Shown here piece by piece: positions 25,401 through 38,275 of a stretch of 64,000 nt of DNA; the stretch's first letter is position 1, and every line of letters starts with the position of its first letter. The notes beneath the pieces are model-generated. The model was given only the letters and a program-made list of their open reading frames with translations, was not told the DNA's origin and ran no database searches. Origin of the DNA: Lama guanicoe (Eukaryota); NCBI GenBank assembly GCA_013239625.1, contig MU053652.1, forward strand, positions 1,490,001-1,554,000. The letters run 5' to 3'. A program made the position numbers and the translations under genes.

Positions 25401-25914
25401 TGGAGAGAAGAGTGTCCACTGCAGTAGGCTCATCTTTCTGTCTCTCCTGGGCTCAGCCCACTGCCTCTAACTAACAGAGAAATGCACATTTCTTCTAGTG
25501 ACAGAGGCTGGAGCAGGCTTGGAAACCTGTAGCTTACCAGATAATGCTGGGCAGTGCTGCAAATCTGAAACCTACCCCATGGGCAAACGCAGGGGAGAGA
25601 CCACTTTGACTCGTGGCTGCTTCCCAGAGCTGTAGATTTCCTAGCGGCTGAGCCAGATCCACCTGGTAAATCAGGAGGAAGGGCTGGCCTGAGGGCTGAA
25701 GAGCACATTCCTCTTCCCACTCTCAGTAGAATGCTCTGGACACTGAGGCTCAGGACTCTTAAGGCCAGCTTCTTTGTCTGTGTCCTTAATTTTACTTGCC
25801 TTCCCTCCCCTTTTCTCTTGGAAGCTTTTGCCATCTCCCCACCTTCTGGTTGATAATACCAGCTCCAATGTACTTATTGCTGTACGTACGTGATTGCCTT
25901 TCTTCGTGGTATCT

Positions 25915-26625
25915 CTATGAGATGGTCATTGTTATTATCCCATCTTATAGAAGAGGATCCTGAGGGCCAGTAAATGTTAAGTCATTTGTCTCAGTGCTCA
26001 CAGAAAGTGAATGACAGAGCTAGGACTCAAACCCTAGATGGTCTGACGCTGAAGCCCATGCTTTTGCCACCACCATGTAGCAAAGATGGGATCCTGCATG
26101 GCAAGAGACTAAGGACAAATAGCCCTCTATAGTCCTGGTATCTAGACTTGAGGCACTCCCTGACCCACATGCTCAGCTTCTCAAAGACAATTTTTCTTTT
26201 AAAGACAAGTTCCCATGCATTCTGGCAAGACCAAGTGGTCACTGAGAAAGAGCTGGGAACATAGATTCTGGAGACCTTGTGTCTAGTTTCTGGTTCCACT
26301 GCAACTCACATGATGTGTGACCTTGGACAAGTCACTTGATTCTTGTCTTTCTGTAAAATGGGGATAATATCTCACCCCTGATTGTGACCTGCATCACCTT
26401 CCCACTTGACATAGCAGAAAGGATCATGGACCCAGAGTCAGGCATCTGGGTTCTAGTTCCAGCTCTGCCACATAACCACCTTGTGACCTCAAGCAACACC
26501 TTTCCCTCTATAAACGTTAGTCTCTTCCTCTGCAAGATGGGTTTAATGATATTTGCCATGACAGTAGGATTTTGTTAGAGTCAAATGAGATAACAGTGCT
26601 TTGAAAGAGGAGAAGTCTCATTCAA
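25915..26625. mobile_element. Cluster of about three MIRs
   Basis: One antisense core at about 25915-26075 and two sense cores (gtgtgaccttggacaagtcacttg; ggttctagttccagctctgccac) at about 26240-26625. Confidence 0.75.
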
Positions 26626-26979
26626 AGATAAAGTAATGCTAATAGTTTGGACATGTGTAGGAAATTTAACGTGAAACGTTTGAGTTCTTCAGCAGAAAGG
26701 ATGTGTATAAGGCTGTGGGCATTGGAAACTGTGTGTTTAGCAAGGAAGTGAGTATGTTAGACCTTCTCTATGGAGCTCAGGGTTCCGTGCTCTCATACTC
26801 ATCTGTTTCACTATCTGTTGGCATCTGGGAAACAATGAACCATTAGGACTGCTGAATCCCTTATCTAGTTATTCCTCAGGCCATCCCCATAGAGGACATT
26901 TTGAGGAGGACAGGAGGAAGAAGAATAAAGTGAGGAGGATGAGAGCCATCCAAGCTTCTGGTTCCTGAAGGTCGCCTTG

Positions 26980-26992
26980 CCCCCCCCCCCCC
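26980..26992. repeat. C13 homopolymer
   Basis: Thirteen consecutive C. Confidence 0.9.
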
Positions 26993-27562
26993 GGCGGTCT
27001 TCTGAATTCACCAGCAGCTTCCCCAGGCAGACCTGAAGCTACAGTGGGAGGATCCACTTGTTTACGAACTAGGTCCTGAAAACTGGGCCGTGGATCATAA
27101 CCTTGGGAATGTGAATCCCGGAGACTTTGTGCCAGGGTTGACCAACTCTGAGCTAAACCACTGGGGAAAGCGTTGCATGTCATGGGTATTTCATATGGAC
27201 GGAGAACCCGGCTGAGGGTCTGTGCATGGGCAGAGCTGCTTTTTAAGCCATTACTAACATTACACAGGCCATGCTGGGGCCTACGCGTGCCCTTCAGGTG
27301 TTTCAAGGCTGACATGTATCACATGGATAGATAGCTAGACTATCCTTTAAAATCTTCTGTGAGAGGAGAGTCCAAAATTGCCCTAAACGAGCCCTTCAAG
27401 TATTAGCAGATTCAACGATCTAAAAGCCTGGATCCATATTTTCTTTTCTACAATTTAAGAGAATATGCTTTGATTCTTAGGAAGGGAAAAATAAAATTTG
27501 TTGACCTCTCTTTGAAGACACACACCATTCTTTTTATTGAAACTTGTTCTCTAGGGTATTAA

Positions 27563-27982
27563 TGTCAAGAATTGCAGAGGGTCTGAGATTTTACTCTATT
27601 GGCAACGTAATGAGTTTTTGTTTCAAGCTGGACGAAGACGTGAGATTCCTGGATCAGAGGTGAAAGACTTTACTATTCATAGCAAAAGCCGTAGCTGTAT
27701 TGTCAGCATAGTTGTGTTGGCTTCCCGAACCCCGATTCCCACAGTGGGAATGAAGATGGTCAGATGATACCTGTACACACCGGGAGTTCCATTATGAAAG
27801 AGGAACCGTGAGCATCGGGAACCCAAATCTTTTGTAATAGACAATAAACATGCCTGCCCTTTGCTCCAGACAGACCCTATCTCTGTCTCGCAAGGCTATT
27901 TGTCATCCAGAAATTCTTGAGAAGGTGTCTGGAACAAAGGACAAGTCAGCACCTTGCTTGCAAGGCAGGCAGAATTCTCACA
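27563..27982 (-). mobile_element. ERV solo LTR, family uncertain
   Basis: About 420 bp with inverted ends tgtcaagaatt / aattctcaca and the internal motif gagggtctgagattttactcta...gattcctggatcagag..aaagactttacta seen in eutherian ERV LTRs. Confidence 0.7.
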
Positions 27983-30900
27983 GAATGTTACCAGTATTTA
28001 TCAGTTTTATTATAGTTAGATGAACAAATTCCGGTTTCTGACATTCTGGCTTGGGTTTTGTCTCCCAGCCTTTTCGGTTGTTAGGCAGTCATTCCTGTTG
28101 GGTCTCTGGCTCTCTTGAGTTCTATGTTCTCCTCCCTTCTACGGCAGCACCATCCAGATGGAGCTGATGCTCTGCTGCAGGGGGTTTCCTGGGGACTTCC
28201 TCCTGTGAAGGAAGAAGTTTATTTCCTTGTTTGGGGGGCTCCAAGGAAATTGCACCTGGAAGACATGTTGCCATCATCTCTTCAGTTCTTGAAAGCTGAA
28301 GATAAATTGCAGGCAATTTAGAGACAAGTAACTTAGGTGATTAAGGGTGATGTCAGGGGAAGGATGAAAAGAACTGCACATGCAAGCGTCTGCTCAGATT
28401 GTGTTGCAGAAATTGGAGGAAGGGGATATGGGGACACTGTCAGGGTCTGCACGAGTAAGGTTATGACTGCTTTCTAGTTACTGACCCCTGACTGTTCCTC
28501 TCTAGCTTGACCACTCTATGCATCAATTTCCTCTTTTATAAAATTGGAATGAAAATGGCATGTTGTGGGGGATTATAGGACATAATGCATATTAATCACA
28601 CAGAGCAGTGCCTGCCACGCAGAGGGAGCTCCAGGAATATATGCTTTTTAATAACACAGAAAATGAGAGGCTCTCAGAGAACCTTATATTAAGCATCTGA
28701 GTCTACAGAGGAGGAAACTGAAGCTCAGAGGGAGAGGTGACTGATCCACAGACACGGAACTAGTTACAGGAAGAGAAGGGCTAACTAGAAGCCAGGTCTC
28801 CTGACATCTAACTTTCTGTTATTTAGTTTCTCAAATGAAGGTGTAATTTTCTAGGCTAGAATTCATCCACAATATTTAAGACATAAGAATATTATGGTTG
28901 CCTGTTATTTTTAACATGTTTTAATTGTTCATATGCACACTGAAAATAAGCAGTTACCAGTCTATGGGGTTTCAAGTTCTCCTTCTGAGTTCCTTAAAAG
29001 AGGATAAGGTCATCCGTGATGACTTTTCTGAGATGAAACCTCAAGTTCTTCTTTCAAAGGCCTCCTGCTAAGTTCATCTTCTTGCTTACTTTGGATGTTG
29101 ACACCAATGGCTAAATGTATATGGGCATTTCTTCTGGGAGCTAAGTCGGCGCAGCTGTAAGTTCTTCATTTTCTCTTGTAGGTGTCTGTAGATGTGGGTG
29201 AGAAAATTTATTCTGACTTCCCACAAATAAGTTTTCTGTTACAACATCGATCAAGGGTGCCTATGCTTTTCACTCTTAAGGAACCTCATGAGACATTTTC
29301 TCAATCAAGATTTATACTGATTAAAGGATGCTTATTTTTCCATCTTATGTGAATCAAAATTAACTGCCAGCCAGAGCTTCTGAGCTGTATGTAACTATTG
29401 CTATCCCACTGGGTTGAAATAATTCTAGGCCATAAATTGAAATATGATTTTTTTTAGGGTGTCTGGGCAAACTTATCTCCAACAAACAATTTCTGTTACA
29501 TTTTTAGAACTATTGAAAATAGTCTAAAGATTCTCATTGCTATTTTCCAGAAGCCCTAGGAACCACCACCATTAACTAGAGGATAAAGAAGCAGAAGGGA
29601 TCTTAGGAATAATAAAGTCCAACTTCTGACTTTACAGAAGGGACGAAGGCCCAGGGATTGGGTCACTTGCCCAAAGACTCTGGCGGAGGCCTCTTGGAGT
29701 GACTCCCAGCTCTACTGATCTACTGATGTGCCCCTTTTTCTGGGACGTCAGTTTAGGGGCAGGGCCCCAGGGCCACATCTGGGCTGTTGTCCTCTTCTGG
29801 TGTGTCCCTCCTGTGTTAGACCTCAGAAACAGCTAGCTCTCAATCCTGGCCTAAAGCTGAGCTTATCAATCTCTTTCTTACAAGTCTGATATTTGAAACA
29901 GAGCCTGAAGGGTTCTTGGGGTCATATCCGTGAAGGGCAGCACGACTGGAAGGGATCCCACACTCTCCCGGTGCTGTGTGCCTGGAGTCCCTCCTGTGCC
30001 TTCTCTTCACGTGCCATGTTGTTCCACTCTTCCTTCAGTTTCATTAGAGACCCCAATGCCCTTCCAGTGAATTCTTCCTGAAAAATATTAAGATCATTTA
30101 TAGTTGATTTCTGTGCTGGCAACTGAAAGAACTTGAACTAAAAGAGACAGAAGTAGCAATACTCATGTTGAAACTTAGGTCTCAGGACTTTGATTCTCAT
30201 GCTCTTCCTTGTACAACATGCTGCCGCAACTCAAAAAATAATCTATAAATCTTTGATGTAACTCATGCTTTGAGTAATATGATAATTATTAGACAGTGGA
30301 AGTTCTAAGAAAAATAAGTTTTTGGAGGGGAATTCTTGTTGAAAGCTCTTTTTTCAAATTATGAGTTAGAGAAAAGAAAAAAATTACACATGTACCTGAA
30401 TACTCTATTACATGAAACTGGAGTAGTAGATTCAGTTTACTTTAAAATGAGATATTATTATAACACAATCTCTACGGCAGATTTACCAAAGCATTAATAT
30501 ATAAAATAGAAAGACATTCTCTGAATTTTGAAGTATCTTTCCCTGGTGTGTTTAAAAAGACCACTTCATTGTCTGTGAGTTCCTAGAGGATGCAGATCAT
30601 CACACTATAGACAAATGAAGATGCTTCTCTTCAAGGATGTAAAGGGAAAAAAAGGATTTTCTATTTTACTACTGTCCCCGTTTTATCTACAGAGAAACCA
30701 AGTCACTGAGCTCATTGACTGGCTCGAGATCCACTGAGGAGAGGGAGAGGCGGGGTCAGGGGAAGCAGTAGATTGAAAACTCACTTTTGCTGCTCGCAAA
30801 GTGTGAACTTAGCTTTTGAAGCATGTTTCGAATGAGAGGAGAAAAGTAGCTTAGGTTGTGTATTATTTATCTTTATTGTCCCAGTGCCTAGCACATAAAT

Positions 30901-32197
30901 GGGTGCCTAATAAACCCAGAAGGAAATAAGAATAGAGGGAGGGACGCTGGAGAGGACAGAGGAAGGATGGATGGAAAAAAGAGAGAAGGAAGAAGGGAAG
31001 GCAGTCAGATGCAGCATGGAGGCCGTGAAAGGAGCATCATTTGAAAATGGTCCTGTGACTCCTTGGGACCCACGCCCAGGCTCATGGGCAAACAGGTTGG
31101 GAAACCTGTAGCCTCCAGGACTGAAATAGGGCCGAATCCATAGAAAGTGGGAAAGATGCACAAGCAGCAGAGGTGAGGAGGGATAAAGGGAGAAACCAAA
31201 GCAAAACAGAGGAAGAGGTTGAGGTTGGCAGCTGGTGCGTGTTGGGTTCTCGGCCGCCTTCCTCACTGCTCAGCTTTTTCCTCCGTTGTGCTTTTTGGCC
31301 TCTCTCCTCACCCAGGGTGCCCACCACTCTCCTGCTCTGGATCAAAACCAGCCTCCTGGAAACAGAAACACTGTCATAGTTGAGCAAAACCGACTTCTTC
31401 TTAAAGTGTCACCAAGACCTTTGTGACTTAACAGGCTTAAACCTTGGCCTGCAGGACTGACTGTGCAGTGATGGAATTAAGACCATCAGCCGGAGGAGTG
31501 GCGGGGGTTTGGTGCCCTGAGATGAATTCACGGAATGACTCTCACTGGGCTCTTCCTTGCTTCTTCCCCAGACTTCTGTCCTTTCCTCCTCTCGACTCAA
31601 CCTCCAGATACCTGGGTTCAACTAATCCATCTGCTTAATTTCCTCCGTGCTTCTTGCTGGTTGGTGAGCCCAGCATTAAGGGGGTTCAGGCACACACATG
31701 GAGGAAGGATGTTTGTTCCATTCAAAAGGAGGGTATGTATTGTTCAGGTGGAATGTGAGGGGTTTCTCCTCTGGAACCCTAGCTGGGCTTGCTCCTGGAA
31801 TAAATAGAGTGTGCTTTGGCCGCAGCGTGGCATGTTCTTCCTCCTTGAGATGTAATTGGTGCTCGCCAGTGTCACAGATGCATGGCATAATGGGAAATTT
31901 TAGGAAGAAAGTGTGAAGAAGGGCAGTATGGGGATGGATTGAAGTGGGTGGGAATAAGAAGAAAGAGAGGAAGGTTAGTGGGATGAGGATGGGTCCTTCT
32001 GGCCACAGTGGTTAGATGTCATCGGGCACTTGCATATGTTCCCCAGAGGCAGGGGCACCTAGGTGGTTCCCACTTTGGTGATCTGGGAGCAAGTGTTTAG
32101 GACCCAATGGGAATAATTTGAATTCCACATAATGCGATGCTGACTGACTGGAGAGCTTTAAGGGCAAGCAGTGTAGTTTAAGAGAATGAATAAACTC

Positions 32198-32221
32198 TGT
32201 GTGTGTGTGTGTGTGTGTGTG
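32198..32221. repeat. (TG)n microsatellite
   Basis: Pure TG run of about 12 units. Confidence 0.95.
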
Positions 32222-33359
32222 CTTTCCAAATTGATGGAAGACTAGCCCTTGCGACTTTGTTGAAGGCCTTCTATGTCAAGAAACTTCGACATTTTTATAA
32301 ATCCATATCAGCTTCTGTTCCAGCCATGCTGAGGACTCCTCTATGATTCTGAAATCAGACCCTTTTAAGGCTTGTTGGATCAATACCTTCGTCACTTGGT
32401 GCCACAGTTTCCCTTCCAAGTGAGCATTCAATTTTTTATTTCAATTTTGCTTGGCCATATCAAGCATGCAGCATAAACAATTCAAATTCATGCCTTAATA
32501 AAACTGTAAATCACAATGGATGGTAGACTTTCTGGGTAAGTCTGTAAATGCCAAATTTCTGTTTGCAGCATGGAGGTTGGCTTCCCTATGGAGTGCTTTG
32601 GTGGGGTTCCCACTAGGCTCGGTCCATTTAAAGCTCTGAGCTGCTCTGTTTTGCGATGAAAGGAAGGAGGTCCTTCACTGAGATGGGAACCTAGATGAGA
32701 ATTCTGCTTCCGAAGGCTCTGGGGTGCGCCGTGGAGGCCGAGGAGCCAGCTGCTATAGTTTCCTGTCCTCCTGGGACAGGGGAGTGCAGCTGCAGCCTGA
32801 GCCTCTGCCGGCTCTGAGAGGGATGCTGGCTTTGGGATCTCAGCGGGAGGATGCAAACGGGGGAGCCCAGCACAGGATGCATGCAAGCCAAGCAGAGGAG
32901 GCACTAGCATCTGCCAGGCTGATGGAGAAGAGCGCTGCCATGGATCCTGGAATTGCTGAAAGTACAGAAGGAGTGGGGAGAGGGGAGGGAGCCCAGTGTC
33001 CCAACGGGGGAGCCGCAACACTTCCTTTCTGGTGTGATTCCCGTTAGACATGGCAGACAGAATCATTCAGAGAAAGAGTGGGGGAGGCGGGAAGGAAGTC
33101 AATTGTTTTTCATGTTTATTGATTGCCTTGAATGAACTTTTGTGGTAATGGGGTGGGAAGGGGGAGTGGAGGAGAAAAGGTCAGCCTCTCAGGGTGAGTG
33201 AGTCGCCATCCACTGTGGCAGTGGAGGTGCCCTGAGGCCATGTGTCCCCCAGGGACATGGGAGTGGACGTCAAGTCTACCCAGGGCTGGGAAGAAGGACT
33301 TGAGATGCTTGTTTCAGTGTTTGGGGTTGGAGTCTCATCCAGATGGTTTAGATGTTTTC

Positions 33360-33990
33360 CCCCTATTTTAGAAAATAATACACATATAATCGCAGAGAAG
33401 ATGGCCACAGAGATGAGTAATATGATAGAAAAGTGCATATCTTCACCTGAGTGCTGTGACCATTCCAATTTGTTCTGTACACATGGTTTATATAGTTACA
33501 GCTACATGTACTGTATCATCGTCTGCTTTTTTTTTTTTTGCTTATCTATAAAGTGCATTTTCCACATTATTAAAAGCGCTTTAGAGCACGCTTTGAGAAA
33601 GATTTTTTTGGGTAGAAAAAATTAAATGACCATTATAGAAAATTTGGGAAAATACAAAAAATATAAAAAAGGAAGTAAAAATATTCATAATTTCACTACC
33701 CAGAAATGACTTCTCTTTTAATTTTGGTACATTTTATTCTAAGCTTTTTTCCTATGTGTGTATAAACATACACACGCATATATATAGTGTATTTTCCTCC
33801 ATGAAACTCCAATCATATTCCAAAGTGTATATAAGCTTTACATTCTGTTTTTTCACTTACATGATTAAAATTTTTTAAAATTGTGGTTTTTAATATTTGT
33901 GTAAGATTCCATTGTGTGTGTCCACCAGCCTTTATTCAGCTGATCTGCTGTTGTTTCCACTGTTTTGGTTATTATAAACAAGGTGATGGT
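33360..33990 (-). mobile_element. L1M 3' relics
   Basis: AT-rich tract with atagaaaatttgggaaaatacaaaaaatataaa...cataatttcactacccagaaa, typical of L1ME 3' ends. Confidence 0.6.
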
Positions 33991-34244
33991 TTTCTTTTCA
34001 TCTGTCTTTAACCTCCTGTCTCTTGGTATCTAGAAAAGAAAATTTTGTTTTTTGGAAGTGGATCTGGATTTTTCCCTTAGCTTCAGGGAGAAACTCCCAT
34101 TTGCATAGCCTGCTGCAGTTTTGCCCATACAGAGTCCTTCAACTTGGCTTAGAATCTGCTGGAAGCCTCTAGTAGTGGTGGTCTTCCTCCAACAAAACTC
34201 ATCTTTTTAAATTAAAAAAAATTTTTTAGTTAAGTGTTTCTTTG

Positions 34245-34462
34245 AGCTTTGTTGTCTAATGCATTGATATGTAGCCACTAACTATATTTGGCCCTTCAAA
34301 TTTAAATTAATTAAAATCAAATAAAATTAGAAATTAAGTTTCCTGGCCACACCAGCAGCATTTCAAGTGCTCAAAAGACACATGGAGCTCATGGCTACCA
34401 TATTGGACAACAGAGATACAGAACATTTCCATGATCTCAGAAAGGGCTATAAAACAGCCCTC
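34245..34462. mobile_element. MER33/MER3-like hAT-Charlie MITE
   Basis: aaatttaaattaattaaaatcaaataaaattagaaatt...catttcaagtgctcaa...atggctaccatattggacaac...gaacatttccat. Confidence 0.85.
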
Positions 34463-35689
34463 AAGGACAGAGTACCCCAGCGCTTCATGCCTGGTTTCCT
34501 TGTCGTGGGGTCTCCCTGAGTTTGCCACCCCATTTGAGCCCCTATCCCGAGAGCAGAGTTTGAGTATTCAGCTCCTACTCATGGTCCTCTCCCACCCTCT
34601 TGGGCACAACCATATTTCAGCCTTCTCTTAGTCTGAGTAATAACTAATCTTTGCAGGCAAAGGTGGAGCTTAGATCAGGTTCTTTTTTTCTCTAGATGAG
34701 TGGGAATTTATCCTGAGATAAGAGTGATAAAAACACAAGTAAGCTTTCTTAGTTCTATTCCCGGAAATCTTGAGACTTGGTAGGGGAGAAAACAGAGACC
34801 CCTAGTTGAAGAGGAAGTGATGGTCCTTGGAGAGCTGACTGGACCCTTTCTCCTCAGCACAGAGGAGGGTCAGTCTTGTCGGTGGGTCCAGGGCAGGTCT
34901 GACAGCGGAGCTTGGGTAGAGTGAGGTCATCAGCCACCTCTTCCCTTCATGCAGGACTAGCTCTATGCCATCGGACTCTGACAGTGAGTGGCAAACAAGT
35001 AGGGACTGAGAGGCCTGGTGCATCAAGGGAGACCAGGTGTTTAGGGTGCGCTGTTAAACACACTAGCTAATTGAGAGGGACAGGGCTTGGGACACAGGAC
35101 ACACACCAATGCTTGTAAAAAACACAGCTCCAAGCCACTTACATTCATATTTCAACAGTAGCGCCAGTATCTGAATTTCAAGCAAATGATATGAACCAGA
35201 TGTAAAGAAAGGCCTTCAGGCTTTAATCACTTTGGTGGACAGCCTAGTGGCCAAAGAAAGTCTTGCTACAAACTAATATTTGCTTGGGAGACAGATTCTA
35301 GACACCAGAGGGATTGTGTTAAAGGCCCTTCCCCAGCCTGGCCCTCATCCCTGTCCACTGCCCCTTTTTGGAAGACAGTAGCTCAGTGGGGAGGAAACTG
35401 AGGCATCTCACCTCTCCAGGCCTCCGATTAGCTGCTAGACTCTTGGGTCCAGAAGAACAGGCACAAGGACCGCGTTTGTCTTGCTCAGGGACAAACCCGC
35501 AGGCCAGACACAGTGGGGTCTCCCTAAACACTGTTGAATGAATGAATGGTACTGATTTTATCACCTAAATTCATCTGACTTTAAGCAGTCTCAGTCAGGC
35601 CCCAAAGGATAAGTAAATGTACTGTTTGGAAAATTACGAGATTTTGGACCCCAGATGGCCTTTCCTTGGCTTCTTTCTTAATATTTTAT

Positions 35690-37210
35690 TTTTATTATTT
35701 AATACTTAATATACACAAAATATTAATATATTTTAATATATTAATTTATTAACATATTATATATAATATATTAATATCAACACATCAATATTAATATATT
35801 TAATACATACAAAAAGTATATGTAACATCTACATAGTAAAGTGATAAATAAAGCATGGCAATGAAACATACACCGGTGAAGCCACCACCAAAATTAAAAA
35901 CCAAAGTTTTACCAGCACATGGATGCTACCTGCATTTTCAGGTGCATCCCTGCTGTCTGACAAAGATAACCACTATTTTCAATTTTATGTTTACCATTCC
36001 TTGGACTTTTAAAATACAGTTTTACCTCCTCCTTTGTGTGAATCCTTAAACAGTATATTTCATTCTGTTTGCTTTTGAGTTAAAAAAGCATATTGATTAT
36101 AGTCCTTTATGACTTGCCTTTTATTCAACATTATGTTTCTAAGATTATCCTTATGGCTGCAAGTAGTCATGTGCCATGCATTTTTCACTCCTGCTTAATA
36201 TTCCATTTCTGTGAATATACCAGAATTTATGTATTTACTCTCTCGCTAATGGACATTTGGGTGGTTTCAAACTTCTGATTATAATTATTATGGTTGCGAA
36301 CACCTTGTACGCCTGATTGCTGTGCAAGAATTTCTCCAGGGTGTAGACCTGGAGAAGAATCACGCACTGGTGAGTGGTGGGGGGTGCAGTTTCAACCTTC
36401 AAGATGTTTCCCTATTGTTTCCCAGAATGACTGCAGTAATGTTTCCTCCCCGCAGCAGATTTCCTATTGCTCCACATCCTCACCACCACCTGTCACTCAC
36501 CTAGGTTGAATTAGGTTTTGTCGTTTTTGCCAGTCTGGTGAGTATTGTGTGGTATCTCATTGTGCTCTTCATTTCCACTCTCCTGATATTAAGGAGGCTG
36601 ATCACTTTTCATATATGATTTGGTTTTTTGAATTTCTCCTTTTGTGACATTTCTGTTCAGGTCCTTTGTTCTTTCTCTTTGGGGTTATTGTCTTTTTCTA
36701 GACTTGGAAGACTTATTTCTGTGTTCTGGATACTAATCCTTGGCTGATTAAATATCTTTCAAATGTTTTCTCCCCGTTGCTACTTACTTATTTAATGGTG
36801 TTTTTGGATAACTCAAAATTCTTTTTTATTTTTGAACAGAAGTTCTTGGTACCAGAGTTGCCAGCATTTCTCAGTCTTTCAGTTTTGTTTCTTAAGAAAC
36901 CCTTCCTTATCTTGAGTTTGTGAAAACACTCCCCTAAATTATCTTCTAAATGTTTTAACATTTGTCTTTCATATTTAAGTCTTTGATCCACCTGAAATCG
37001 ATTTTTATTTGCGATGTGAGTAGAAATTCCTATCTTTCCCTCCTCCTCCCCTTCCTTATTTTGGATAGTCACTTAACTTAGCAACATTTATTGTACATTG
37101 ATCTTTTTGCCAGTGACCTGAAATGCCAATTCAGGCTCTGCATAATGAATCTTGAGATCTGGTAAGGCAAGTCCCTCTACTTTATTCTTCTTTTTAAGGA
37201 GTATCTTTCT
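35690..37210 (-). mobile_element. L1M (L1MB/ME-like) ORF2 end and 3' UTR
   Basis: atggacatttgggtggtttc, ggtatctcattgtg, ttctggatactaatcct and catatttaagtctttgatccacctgaaat are antisense L1 hallmarks. A decayed AT-rich tail sits at the left end. Confidence 0.85.
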
Positions 37211-37759
37211 CTCATTCTTAGTGATCTGAGGAAGGATGGCGGTGCCAGTGCTTTAGATCATAAATGCCAGGGACTCGCAACTTGACAATTTGTGTGCGAA
37301 GCCTGCTTATGAAGGCTGCACCATTAGACTAAGCCCAAAGCATCTGTCTGTGATGCTGAGGTCCCCTATTCAATGTAGAACATTCTGAATCTCTTCTGGC
37401 CTTGGACTATCCTTTCAATATCCTTCTAAGTCCTAAATTCCTTAGAATAACAATCTCACATGAATGTTAGAGTTTACTCAAAGGCAGGAAAGAGATCAGT
37501 GTTTGGCTTGTAAACCAGATTCTCTGGAAGTGAAAGTCCCAGGAGGGAAGTGGCATTGTCCCAGGCTGGGTTGTAGACTGTGGTTTGTGCTGTCATGCAT
37601 TAGGGAAGAAAATGGAGCAGAAACGTCCTGCTTGAGATATACACGCACAAAGCGTTTTTTCATCAAAGCCTTTGCTTCTTGACAAATAGACTGTAACATG
37701 CGTCTAGGAAGCATCTCTGATGTAGAAAAAATCCAAGGTCAGAGACGTATCACGAGGGA

Positions 37760-38275
37760 AGAATCCATTCACTCTTCCAACTACTTATTGGGCACCTGTA
37801 GTATTCCAGGCACTGTTCCAGGCACTGGAGACACAGTCCTGAGCAGGGCAGATAAAGGGCTGACATTCTAAAGGGGGGAGACAGACAATACAAATCAATA
37901 AATAAACAAGATAATGTTAGATATGGATAACACCCATCTAGAGATGAACGCTGCACGTTCCTGAGGGAAGCTTTCTCTGAGCAAGTGTGAATGGCAGGAA
38001 GAAGCAGCCATGGGAAGCTCTGGGCGGCTCGTGCTCCTCCTGGACCAGCTAGTGAACAGCCTCGAGGTGCCACATGGGGATCTGAAGCAGATTTATGAGG
38101 CTGGAGGATGAATAGAGCGAGGAAGCAGGATGCAGATGAGGTTAAAAAGATAAGAAATAGCCGGATCCTCTGGGGACACACAGGCCATGGTCAGGAGCTT
38201 GGGTTTTATTTTAATTGAATGGGAAGCCAGTGGAAGGTTCGAAACAGGGAAGTGATGTATTACAGCTTAGAACTG
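37760..38275 (-). mobile_element. L2a relic
   Basis: ttattgggcacctgtagtattccaggcactgttccaggcactggagacacag...aatgggaagccagtggaaggtt. Confidence 0.85.

Noticed and set aside
36788..37072. 94-aa ORF resembling the L1 ORF2 C-terminus
   Set aside because: Part of a decayed L1M relic, not a gene.
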